From the NCBI RefSeq assembly GCF_902713615.1, contig NC_052153.1, positions 20,723,323 through 20,787,322 on the forward strand: a stretch of DNA of 64,000 nucleotides, in the 5' to 3' direction. Source of the stretch: Scyliorhinus canicula. Its lineage: Eukaryota. Position numbers and translations under genes: made by a program. Shown one piece after another: positions 50,793-61,651 of the stretch (positions are counted from its first letter, which is position 1; each line of letters opens with the position of its first letter). The notes below the pieces were generated by a model. It did no database searches, was not told where the DNA came from, and was given only the letters and a program-made list of their open reading frames with translations.

Positions 50793-51913
50793 CAACCGAG
50801 TGCCACCTTACAGTGGTTCATGATCCCCAGGAAATGCCAGGGCAACATGGGTAGGGGGAAAAGAGATGTCAGAACAGTCACATCCCATTTTTGGGTCCGC
50901 TGGTCATGGGCATTCCAAATTTCCCCTTCCAAGGGAAAGTTAATTTAATCATGCGACCCTCCTTTTATGGCAGACCGGGGTATAGAGGAGGCTGCCCCTT
51001 TTTATCACATCCGTATGTTATGTTTTGATACTGCAGATGCACATTCTAAAGAACCAGTTAGAGAGGCTTCAGAAAGAGACAAAGAGCTAACAATTTATTG
51101 ATATCACTCTCTCAGAATGAATTGAGGCCATCCCTGTGTCCGAGTGGACAAATGCACCACTTGCGGTCATGTTTTTTGGAGTTAACAGTCATTTCAGAAC
51201 CGTGTTTTCATGTTTGCTTCAAAATATTTGTCAAAGCATTGCTGGCAAAAGATTTAAACATCCTGGTTGGGGAAAACATCCAAGCGAATGAGTGTTCAGA
51301 TTCATTGGTAACTGGAAAATCCAACAGTAAAAGTTTAATGTGAGATGTATCTGCATCCTGTATTGGATCACAGATACGACAAACATTAACAAACCCAGAC
51401 TGTGCTTCTCTAACATTGAGCTAATGGCATGGACAGGAGGGGGTTTAGTTTACAACAGCCTGATTTCTGTACTCTCTACCTATCCATAAACAGAAAGCTG
51501 CATTTTTAAAACAAATGTATTTCTCCCCAAACCTTCAGTTTGGAGTGATCTGATTCTCTATTAATAACCCCACAGCAACCTCGAGATCAGGTAAAATTAG
51601 ATATTTTACCTCACACAAACCAGCAGAAGAGCTTCTGCAAAGTCCACCCCTTTTGCATTCATGCAATAAAAGAGCAATGAAGGAAAGATAGGAGTTCAGA
51701 GGAAGGCCTCGCTAAAAATAAGGCTTCCGAGTATCAGCGGGAAGCCATGGGCCGCAGATACTGAGTTTAAAGAGTGCCCATTTACAGAGGTCAGAAACCA
51801 CGATGCCCTTTCTGACTTCAGCAGCAGTCTCGGCCCTGCGCCGAAGCAATCTGCGAAGTTTGAACGTAGTCATGCCCGCTGTGACAGGGGAACTAAGGGA
51901 ACGGCCATTGAGA

Positions 51914-52086
51914 TCAGGAATTTAAGCTGCAGGTTTGTATAGAAGACAGCAAGCAACAGGTTTCACAACAGTTTTAAAGGTATGTTGAAGTTTTCTTCCA
52001 AATTTCTTGCAATAAAATATATTTTTTCACTTCAACGATCAATAAAGTATACTTTTTTACTTGGATACAATGGTTCCGTTGTCTTT
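51914..52086 (-). pseudogene. Relaxin-like paralog, exon 2 pseudogene (A chain)
   Basis: Pyrimidine tract plus acceptor ttgtttacag|AA, phase 1, in frame to ...QEIWKK-TSTYL*NCCETCCLLSSIQTCSLNS*. KK-x7-CC spacing is as in the intact gene and CCTGCAGCTTAA is shared. Premature TAA at 51974-51976 and one codon missing between the last two cysteines. Confidence 0.75.
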
Positions 52087-52937
52087 CTGTAAACAAGGAG
52101 GGGAGGTGATGGAAGGGAGGGAGGGGAGGGAGAGGAAGGAGGCAAGGGGAAGGAGGGGAGGGAGAAGAGGGAGGAGGGGAGGCTCTTCTGGGGAGTTCTC
52201 AACACATAGGGACATGCATTTAACTCAGCCTCTGCTCCACGCACCCCCCCCCCCCCCCCCGACTAAATGCCTTAATTCCATCTTCATACAGGCCAAAGGC
52301 AGTGGCCAGGTGATCACAAACTGCCCTTGCATCACTCGGAGCTTCCTCACCTGCCCCAGGAGGTATGCCTGCATCAGGTTCCATATTGCCCTCCTCCAGC
52401 TACTCCACTTCATGTGGCAAGACATCTTGTGGGTGAATGCTCAGTCCATTCTGAAGGGCAAAGTTGTGTAATGCACAACACACAGCAACAATCTTTGCAC
52501 CTATCCCTGGGCATGCAGTAAAATACCCCTGACCTGTACAAGCATCAAAAAGGTGATTTCAAAATACCAATTATCCTCTCCACTACCTGGCGTGTTGCCT
52601 TCCTGTTGATCAATGAAACAGTGTCATTTCTAGGCACCCTCAATACAATATATGTTCAATCGACAGCCCGATTACTTTTGGGAACCAAGCGATTTGGTAG
52701 AATACGATTGACCTTTCCTTCACCTTCACAGGGGATGTGTCAAATATAATAAGCTCCGAAGCCCTATGATGAATTGCATGAATTACCTGGTGAATGCTGG
52801 TCCTCGCAGTATTCTGTCAAATGTTACACATGTCACTAATGCTATGTTGAAAGGAACCAAAAAAGATTCAGCGCTGTCCTGAGTTTTGTTTCCACTGTTA
52901 AGGCAGTTAGAGATCACCTTCGGGCCTTCCTTCAATT

Positions 52938-53124
52938 GGGGTCAATTCTCCGTCGGAAGGAATCTCCATTCTGCCGGCAGCGCAACCCGCCCATGGGTTT
53001 CCCGGCGGCATGGGGTGGCCACAATGGGAAATCCCATGGGCCGGTTGCGGGAATGGAGAATCCTGCTGCCGGCGGTGACGCGCTGCCGGGGAACACGCGG
53101 CTGGGGAGGCGGAGACTTCACCCC
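52938..53124. mobile_element. Palindromic MITE
   Basis: Termini ggggtcaattctccg / cggagacttcacccc; similar element at 54670-54842. Confidence 0.7.
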
Positions 53125-53210
53125 AACATTTCACAAAGGCGTTGCTTCCTCGCTGAAGCGCAGTCTCCTGGCACACATCTCCTCTGACATCATTTCATAT
53201 GATAGCCTGT

Positions 53211-54253
53211 GTCTGTACACTGAGGGATCTGTACACTCTGAGGGGTCTGTACACTCTGAGGGACATGTACACTCTGAGGGACATGTACACTCTGAGGGGT
53301 CTGTACACTCTGAGGAGTCTGTACACTCTGAGGGGTCTGTACACTCTGAGGGACATGTACACTCTGAGGGACATGTACACTCTGAGGGGTCTGTACACTC
53401 TGAGGAGTCTGTACACTCTGAGGGGTCTGTACACTCTGAGGAGTCTGTACACTCTGAGGGGCCTGTACACTCTGAGGGACATGTACACTCTGAGGGGTCT
53501 GTACACTCTGAGGGGTCTGTACACTCTGAGGAGTCTGTACACTCTGAGGTGTCTGTACACTCTGAGGGGCCTGTACACTCTGAGTGGTCTGTACACTCTG
53601 AGGAGTCTGTACACTCAGAGGGGCATGTACACTGTGAGGGGCATGTACACTGTGAGGGGCCTGTACACTCTGAGGGGGTCTGTACACTCTGAGGGGTCTG
53701 TACACTCTGAGGGGTCTGTACACTCTGAGGGACATGTACACTCTGAGGGACATGTACACTCTGAGGGGTCTGTACACTCTGAGGGGTCTGTATACTCTGA
53801 AGGGCCTGTACACTCTGAAGGGTCTGTACACTCGGAGGGGTCTGTACACTCTGAGGGGTCTGTACACTCTGAGGGGTCTGTACACTCTGAGGGGTCTGTA
53901 CACTCTGAGGGGTCTGTACACTCTGAGGGGTCTGTACACTCCGAGGGGTCTGTACACTCCGAGGGGTCTGTACACTCTGAGGGGCATGTACACTCTGAAG
54001 GGTCTGTACACTCTAAGTGGTCTGTATACTCTGAAGGGCCTGTACACTCTGAGTGGTCTGTACACTCGGAGGGGTCTGTACACTCGGAGGGGTCTGTACA
54101 CTCTGAGGGGCCTGTACACTGTGAGGGATCTGTGCACTCTGAGGGATCTGTACACTCTGAGGGATCTGTACACTCTGAGGGATCTGTACACTCTGAGGGA
54201 TCTGTACACTCTGAGGGGTCTGTATACTCTGAGGGACCTGTACACTCTGAGGG
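53211..54253. repeat. 18-bp minisatellite (TCTGTACACTCTGAGGGG)n, about 58 copies
   Basis: Directly visible tandem array with variant units (GGGACATGTAC, GGAGTCTGTAC, GGGCCTGTAC) and a 1-nt insertion near 53675. Confidence 0.97.
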
Positions 54254-54436
54254 ATGAGTAACTAATTCGCCCCCTCTCCCGGCAACATGTTGCCGAGCTC
54301 TTCTCTCATGAACCCTATGCTGATGTCAAAGCCTCAGTGATTTTAAGACACCAGGTGAAATAATGGGAGAGGAATAGGTAAACCTAAAAGTGAAAGCAAG
54401 AGACGAAATAGCGGAGATTCAGAACTGTGAAGCGAA

Positions 54437-54607
54437 TTGAAGTACTTGGTGTTCATTCTGGTAATCAGACAGTTCCTGCTCTTTACAGATTCTGCTGAAG
54501 TTGACCCTGGTGAGATATTCTTAAAGCTCTGATTTCATAAACCTGCGATACAAATATTGCGTATCTGCAGGGTCAGCGGTTGGAGATCACTCCAGCTGCA
54601 GCATATA
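54437..54607 (+). pseudogene. Relaxin-like paralog, exon 1 pseudogene (copy 2)
   Basis: Translates LKYLVFILVIRQFLLFTDSAEVDPGEIFLKL*FHKPAIQILRICRVSGWRSLQLQHI then GTGAGT. The start codon is TTG, the first B-chain Cys is TGA (54530-54532), the donor is phase 0, and the TATA box is degraded. The 5'UTR (54355-54436) and intron (54608-54652, 54855-55140) align to the reverse complement of 9232-9312, 9018-9062 and 8710-8995. Confidence 0.9.
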
Positions 54608-55344
54608 GTGAGTGTTGACCTACCTTCTATTGACCAAGACAGAGAGATAGTCGTTGGTGCCGTGCAAGTTGGGCGGTATCCTCCGTTTCACCGGCAGCGC
54701 ACTCACGCCCACGGATTTACCGACGGCGTGGGGGTACCCACAATGGAAAACCCATTGGCCGGCTGCCGGGAAGGAGGATCCCACTGTTGGCGGGAGCGTG
54801 CCGTGCCAGAAAATGGGTGTGGCGGGACCGAGAATCCCACCCGTCACGTTTACATGTCATTCCTGTTAAAACGTGATGCAATTTTATATATCAATACATC
54901 AGGAATATAATGACCTTATCAGCTTAATTATCACGTAGGAATGTTTTCATATATTCATGCAGGGGTTGAACCATCAGGCAGCATCCTCCATTATTTGAGA
55001 GTCACAGAACCATGGCCTTTGATTTCTAGGTTAATTAGGTAGATCTACATTTTGCAATCTATTGTAATTATTTGTATTCTGAAATGAGTTGCATTGTGCA
55101 ATCATCCTGTTACTTTCTACTTCTGTTTTAATTTAATGATCATCCAGAGTTATGTCATGAATAATGATTACTTGTTTTATACATGTCATCAAGCCATGAT
55201 GATTTTTCAGTAAACCAGTCATCTATCGGTCCATCCATCCATCTCTCTGTCTATCCCGTGACTTCACTATGGGGCAGGGTGGGGGTGCTACCTCAGGCAA
55301 AGGGGAATCATTGGCATTATTCTAAGCCACACACTAGTCGTCTG

Positions 55345-56565
55345 AGTCGTAGAGTTTTATAGCACAGAAAGAGGCCCTTCGGCCCATCGTGTCTGTGACG
55401 GCCATCAAGCACCTATCTTCTCTAATCCTATTTTCCAGCACTTGGTTTGAAGCCTTGTGTGCTATGGTGTTTCCATGCTCATCTAAATGCTTCTGAAATG
55501 CTGTGAGGGTTCTGTCTCTATCACCCTTTCAGGCAGTGAGTTTTTCCTTAAATCCTCTCTGAATCTCCTGTCCATTACCTTAAGTTGAGCCCTCAACTAA
55601 GGGGAAAGGTCTCTTCTTATCTATCCTGGTATCTGATGACCCAAGAATGATCAAATATTGAAATGGGATCACATTTTAGAAGAGTTTGAGACATGATACA
55701 AAACAAACAGGGTCCGCTTCTGTCGCTCTACTGTGCACAGTGGCACAGTGATTAGCGCCGCTGCCTCACAGCGCCAGGGACCCGAGTTCAATTCCGGCCT
55801 TGAGTGAGTGTGTGGAGTTTGTACATTCTCTGCATGTCTGCGTGGGTTTCCTCCGGGTGCTGCTGTTTCCTCCCACAATCTAAAGATGTGCAGGTTAGGT
55901 GGATTGGCCATGCTAAATTGTCCCTTAGTGTCCAAAGATATGTTGGTTAGGTGGGTTTACGGGGATAGGACGGGGGGAGTGAGTCAAAGTGCGGTGCTCT
56001 TTCAGAGGGTGAGTGCCGACTTGATGGGCTGAATGGCCTCCTTCTGCACTGTAGTGATTCTGAGATTGCGTACTTTGGTGGAAAATCTTCAGTGAGGTTT
56101 CCACACATCTGGTAAAGTTATAATGGCGCTGAGGGAACAACTCCCTGCAAATTCTCATTGAGTCTTTCAGCACTATTATTAAAAGCAACATCCTGGTGAA
56201 TCTCCTCTGCACCCTTTCTGCTGCAATCAGCTCCTTCCTATTGTGTGGTGACCAGAACTGCCCACAATACTCTAGCTGTGGATATATGAGCAGTTTATAT
56301 AGCTCCATCACACCCTCTCTGCTCTTGTATTCTTTGTGTCGGCTAATAAATCCTGTCTAATCCTGTTAGAATTTTATACGTTTCTACGAGACCCCCTCTC
56401 ACTTTTCTAAACTGCAATGAATATAATCCTAACTGACTTAGTCTCTCCTCGTACAACAGTCCCCTCATCCCAGGAACCAGCCTGGCAAACCTTCGCTGCA
56501 CTCCCTCCACAGCAAGAACATCCTTCCCCAGATAAGAACATCAAAACTGCACACAATACTCCAGG
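55345..56565 (-). mobile_element. CR1 3' fragments (55345-55628, 56184-56565) and an HE1 SINE (55733-56065, +)
   Basis: CR1 tail and LEYCGQFWSPH..ERVQRRFTRML motif; SINE head cacagtggcacagtgattagc. Confidence 0.85.
55632..56180. other. Paralogous intron segment homologous to 6731-6943, split by a SINE
   Basis: ctgatgac(g/c)caagaat..tcaaatattgaaatggg and ttggtggaaaatctt..gtgagg...ccacacat..ttctcattgag..tttcag..ctattatt match 6731-6943 in direct orientation. Confidence 0.75.
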
Positions 56566-57144
56566 TATCACAGAGCCTTGAAGTTTCCAGGTTCAGTCCT
56601 CAGTCAGAACTCAGCCAATTAGTGAGATACAATTGGCCTCAACAACTTTGGAAAAGAGAGGGAAAAAGTTCCTGCCCCTGTAACTCCTGTTGAAAGTGAG
56701 TCTGTACATGTCCCACATGAGGATATGATCAAATTTTTTTGCATCCACCCCATTTGCTACCCCTTCCTGGGTCTGCCATGTAATGACACTGAGGACCACA
56801 ATGGAGAAGAGGGCTGCGTACTGACATTCTCTCCTCAGCTTCTGTGGTAATGCGGCCCCTTTAAGGGGCGAGCCCTCACAGTCCATGTGACCAGCTTGGG
56901 GCCAATCGTGATGGAGCGCACAAACCCTGACCAATGGAGAGAAAGCTTGGGGCACTTGGAGCAGGAGCCCAGACAGTGTGCACCCTGGAACCAGAGCATT
57001 AAGACCTAGTCAATGTTGCTCTGTGCCTGGATATTGTTGTCTTTGCCTATTGTTAATAAACCTCCTTTATTGGTGCTGGATGTCTCCAATTTATTATTTT
57101 GATCCACCACTTTGATCGATCGCTTATCCTCAGTGGTTTGGGAT

Positions 57145-58950
57145 TTGACTTCCGGTGACCGAGATGTACTGAACGGACACACAAAAGACTCACTCCTCCT
57201 GAGAGTTTAGTTTTCGGTACTTTTAACCGATTATAGAATTGGGGAAAAATCGGGGGAAAACATCCCCTCACCCTCTTCCAACAGCAGCAAATCAACGACG
57301 TCTAGCAGTAGAAGGTCCAAAAAGAGGCGAAAGGCAACAAAAGCCTGGAGAAGCTTCCAGAGGAGATGGTGAATGTACGAGGCGACGAAGACCCAGCTGC
57401 ACCCAACAAAGAAGGAACACCAGGCCGTGCACGGAGCTCCCCCTCACCGGTGGATGGGTGAAGGAGGTTCCTCACTAAGGAACTACAAGAACTCAAAGAG
57501 ACCATCAAGGCAGACACGAGGGCACCGGTCAAGATGGCAGTGACGCGGAGGCACTGATCGCCATGCAGGCGGCCCTGGGCAAGGCGGAGAGGCACCTGGA
57601 GGTCCAGGGGAACACCATAAAAGACCTGGAGAAGGCCTCAATGGACCAGAGCAACTGGATTGTCGCACTGGAATTGGAGGTGGCAAGGTTGGTGGCGACG
57701 CAGGGAACTCTAATAGGGAAAATCGAGGGCCAGGAGAATCGGTCAAGGCACCAGAACCTGCAGGTAGTGGACCTACTAGAGGAGACCTAGGGCAGCAATC
57801 CCACGGAATACGTGGCCCAAGGAAAAGAAACATGGGAGGTCTGACCCTCCCAAACCTATAATTCTACGACTGAGCAGCCACGGCAGAGAGTGAGGGGATG
57901 GGCGAAGGAGCCAGAAGCTTATGGGTAAAAATGGAGGTGAGTTCCTGCAGTTACGACAGTACTCCAATCCCCGCCAAACAACGACTCAAAAAGCCGAGTG
58001 GTGGAAGCTACACTCTGGACATGGTACCAATTGAGGTAACTCTTTGGCCTGACCAAAATGTTCACCATGACCCCCATCTGCAACAACCACAGGCTCACGC
58101 CAGCAACAATGGATGCCACCTTTAAAAGGTGGAGGTAGAATGGGGGACGTTGACAGTTAGCGACTTAAACACAAATGATGGACTAGCGACGCTGGAAGAA
58201 CTTACGGAAAGTTTTAAACTGCCCAAAGGAAATTAATTAAGGCATATACAACTTAAAAACTTCCTCGGTAGGAAACCACAAGGTACCCACGGACGGCAAG
58301 ACACTGACTGATGGAGGAACTGTTGGACGCGAGCGACTTAGGGAAAGAGAACTGCGGGGATCTGTATGCACGACTGTTGGAGGAGGCACAATGCCCCCTG
58401 GATGAGACGAGAGAAAAGTGGGAGGAACAGCTGGGGATAGAAATAGGGGGAGGACTCTGGATTGAAAAACTGCACAGGGCAAACTCCACTTCCACATGCG
58501 CAGGGCACAGCTTAACGCAGCTAAAGGTGGTGCACAGAGCATACCTAACCATAACACGAATGAACAGGTGGAGGACAAATGTGAACAGTGCTAGGGGGGC
58601 CCGGCCAACCACACCCACACCCACCTGGGCCTGCCCCAGACTTGTCGGGTTCTGGACAAAATTTTACGAAGCAATGTTCGGGGTTGTGGGGGTGAGGGCA
58701 GAGCCATGACCGAGAGTGGTAGTCAGGGGGGTCGATGCCCTTGTCTTTGCTTCCCTAATTGCCCGGCGAAGAATTCTGCTCGGCTGGCGATCGGCAGCAC
58801 CACCCAAAGGCTGCCTGACATGGCGGAATTTCTCCGTCTGGAGAAAACAAAATTCGCTAGCTGGGGGTCAGAAAAAGGCTTCCACAAGACGTGGAGGCCA
58901 TTCACCAACTTGTTCCAGGACCTGTTTGTAGCCAGCAGCCAATAGAGCTG
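57145..58950 (+). mobile_element. Degenerate L1/Tx1-clade LINE
   Basis: Coiled-coil ORF1 (..ENRSRHQNLQVV.L) and an ORF2 C-terminal remnant (QLKVVHRAYLT..WACP). Confidence 0.75.
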
Positions 58951-59321
58951 GCGGGGGGAGGGTTAGGCATAGGTGCGCCACTAAACGTCAAAGAAAGTCG
59001 CACAGGAGGAAAGATGGAATGAGAGTGAGAGAGAGAGAGAGACTTCCAGCTTCTCACACAGGCGGCAGCAACAGAAAGGTAGAGCAGAGAGCGGAGGAAG
59101 GTGGCTCTAGAAGGGAACCAAGTGGGGAGATTTCAAATATGTACAAGCTCTACTGAAATTTGATGAGAGACGCCAAAACATTTTTTTGAGAAAATAGCTA
59201 AACAGTTGAGATTGCTTGAGGATTGTTGGACCCATCTCTTACAGGCTAGTCAAGACTATGCGTACTTATCAGAGGAAAGATCTGGAGACCAAGAGATAGT
59301 AATAGAACATACAGTGCAGAA

Positions 59322-59621
59322 GGAGGCCATTCGGCCCATCGAGTCTGCACCAACCCACTTAAGCCCTTACTTCCACTCTATCCCCGTAACCCAATAACGT
59401 CTCCTAACCTTTTTGGACACTAAGGGCAATTTAGCTTGGCCAATCCACCTAACCTGCACATCTTTGGACCACCCGGAGGAAACCGGAGCACCCGGAGGAA
59501 ACCCACGCAGACATGGGGAGAACGTGCAGACTCCACACAGACAGTGACCCAGTGGGGATTCGAACCTGGGACCCTGCCGCTGTGAAGCCACAATGCCAGC
59601 CACTGTGCTACCGTGCTGCCC
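59322..59621 (-). mobile_element. HE1-type SINE
   Basis: Head and tail present. Confidence 0.88.
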
Positions 59622-59783
59622 TCGTAAATAAAGCTATATTGGGGACATATGAGCTAGTACCGCAGGTGAACAGACAGAAATTTAGAGCTGTCACAAAACA
59701 GGCCGTGAATTCAGAAGGATTAAACAAAGTAATTTTGATAGGTGGGTAAGGGCCTTGAAAATAGGAGAAAACTATGAAGCCTT

Positions 59784-60069
59784 TGTGGTGGTATGATTAA
59801 CATAGCTGCCTGCCATTGGTGCAGAACACCGGCTTACCATTGGCCCTGGTCGGTCATGTGCCTCTCGACCGATTGGTTGAGAGCAGTCATGTGACGGCTC
59901 CCCGATTGGTCAAGAGGCTGAGTTAACCCCGCCTCCAGGGCGAGGTATAAATACCCAACACGGCCTGCGGTCGGCCATTTACTGTAGTCGACCGCAGGGC
60001 TAACATACAGCTTATTAAAGCCTAACTTTTGTACAGCAACTCGTCTCGCGTTTAATTGATGGTTCATCA
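59784..60069 (+). mobile_element. Solo LTR (286 bp) with 5-bp TSD
   Basis: TG...CA termini, internal TATAAAA and ATTAAA, TSD gcctt at 59779-59783 and 60070-60074. Confidence 0.9.
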
Positions 60070-60784
60070 GCCTTTGGAGAGATAATTCTGTTAGAGGAAT
60101 TTAAAGGTTCGTTGCCGACCATGATTAGAACTCATGTTGAGGAGCAGATAGTTAGAACTGCCAGAGAGGCCACGGAGCTTGCGGACGACTATGAGGTGGT
60201 TCATAGACCAAAGCCCTCCTCAGTCCAAATCAGAGAAAGTTAGAAATTAGGAAGGCACAAGAGCGGGCAGATCAGCCAGAGAAAGAGCGGTCAGCAACTC
60301 CAAAGAGGTTTCACCTCAGATTACAACAGAATCTGTTGAAAGGGTGAGAGATATGAAAAAGGTCAGATGTTTTCATTGTAATAAACCGGGCAACACCAAA
60401 TCACTATGCTGGCGATTAAACGTTCGGATGCAGGGTATTACCAATCTTCAAAGTGGAAATATGAAGTAAGAGGCTGGAGAACAGGAGGAGCAGGTGAGGT
60501 TTGTACACACCGTAAAGGAACAGACAATAGGAGGGTATGTGTCTCCACAAAGTGCATGGGGGCAGAGTGACCAGCAGGTAGCGGACAAGCTTAAAGAATT
60601 TGTGTGCGGGTGAGGGTAAAATATTTCCATGTGGATGGGATCAAAGGGGAAAAGATATTAAAATGTTTTGAAATACAGGAGCGAGTCACTTCCTAATGTC
60701 ATGGGACAAAGACATTTGTTGTCCAGAAGGGGTATTTAAAAAGTGATGCTGATTACCAGGGAGAAAGGAAAGAAATTTATTTTG

Positions 60785-61130
60785 TAAAATTCGGTGGAGT
60801 TGTGGACGGTGCGAAAGGATGTTGCAGGTTACAGAGGGACATAGATGAGCTGCAGAGCTGGGCTGAGAGGTGGCAAATGGAGTTTAATGCAGTAAAATGT
60901 GAGGTGATTTATTTTGGAAGGAGTAACAGGAAGACAGAGTACTGGGCTGATGGTAAGATTCTTGGTAGTGTGGACAAGTAGAGAGATCTCAGTGTCCATA
61001 TACATAGATCCCTGAAAGTTGCAACCCAGGTTGAGAGGATTGTTAAGAAGGCGTAGCTTTTATTGGTAGAGGAATTGAGTTTCGAAGCCATGAGGTAATG
61101 TTGCAGCTGTATAAAACTCTGGTGCGGCCA

Positions 61131-61163
<33 letters not shown>

Positions 61164-61651
61164 CATTATAGGAAGGATGTGGAAGTATTGGAAAGGGTGC
61201 AGTGGAGATTTACCAGGATGTTGCCTGGTATGGAGGGAAGATCTTATGAGGAAAGGCTGAGGGACTTAAGGCTGTTTTCGTTAGAGAAGAAGGTTAAGAG
61301 GTGGCATAATTGAGGCATACAAGATGATCAGATTAGATAGGGTGGACAGTGAGAGCCTTTTTCCTCAGATGGTGATGGCTAGCACGAGGGGGCATAGCTT
61401 TAAATTGAGGGGAGATAGATATAGGACAGATGTCAGAGGTAGGTTCTTTACTCAGAGAGTAGTAAGGGTGTGGAATAACCTGCCTGCAACAGTAGTGGAC
61501 TCACCGACATTAAGGGCATTTAAATGGTCATTGGATAAACATATGGCTGATAAAGGAATAGTGTAGATGGGCTTTAGAGTGGTTTCACAGGTCGGCGCAA
61601 CATTGAGGGCCGAAGGGCCTGTACTGAGCTGTAATGTTCTATGTTCTATGT
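60785..61651 (+). mobile_element. CR1 LINE 3' fragment
   Basis: Highly similar to 25570-26458; (TTCTATG)n tail. Confidence 0.93.

Noticed and set aside
51610-51875. Short minus-strand frames with Cys pairs (LCKWALFKLSICG) and a GTAAAA donor
   Set aside because: Cys spacing is 9 rather than 11, there is no signal peptide, and it lies in the 3' flank of the pseudo-exon.
52787-52930. Possible exon 1 for the orphan A-chain exon (donor CAG|GTAATT, one Cys codon 42 nt upstream)
   Set aside because: No signal peptide, LCG motif or intron similarity that I can support.
52886-54261. Long ORFs (268-352 aa) with SVHSEG / LYTLRG repeats
   Set aside because: By-product of an 18-bp minisatellite that is open in several frames on both strands; the units have no unique spacers, so it is not a CRISPR array either.
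54530-54532. TGA exactly at the B-chain cysteine, suggesting selenocysteine
   Set aside because: The same copy also lost its ATG, TATA and splice phase, and no downstream exon or SECIS is evident; pseudogenisation is simpler.
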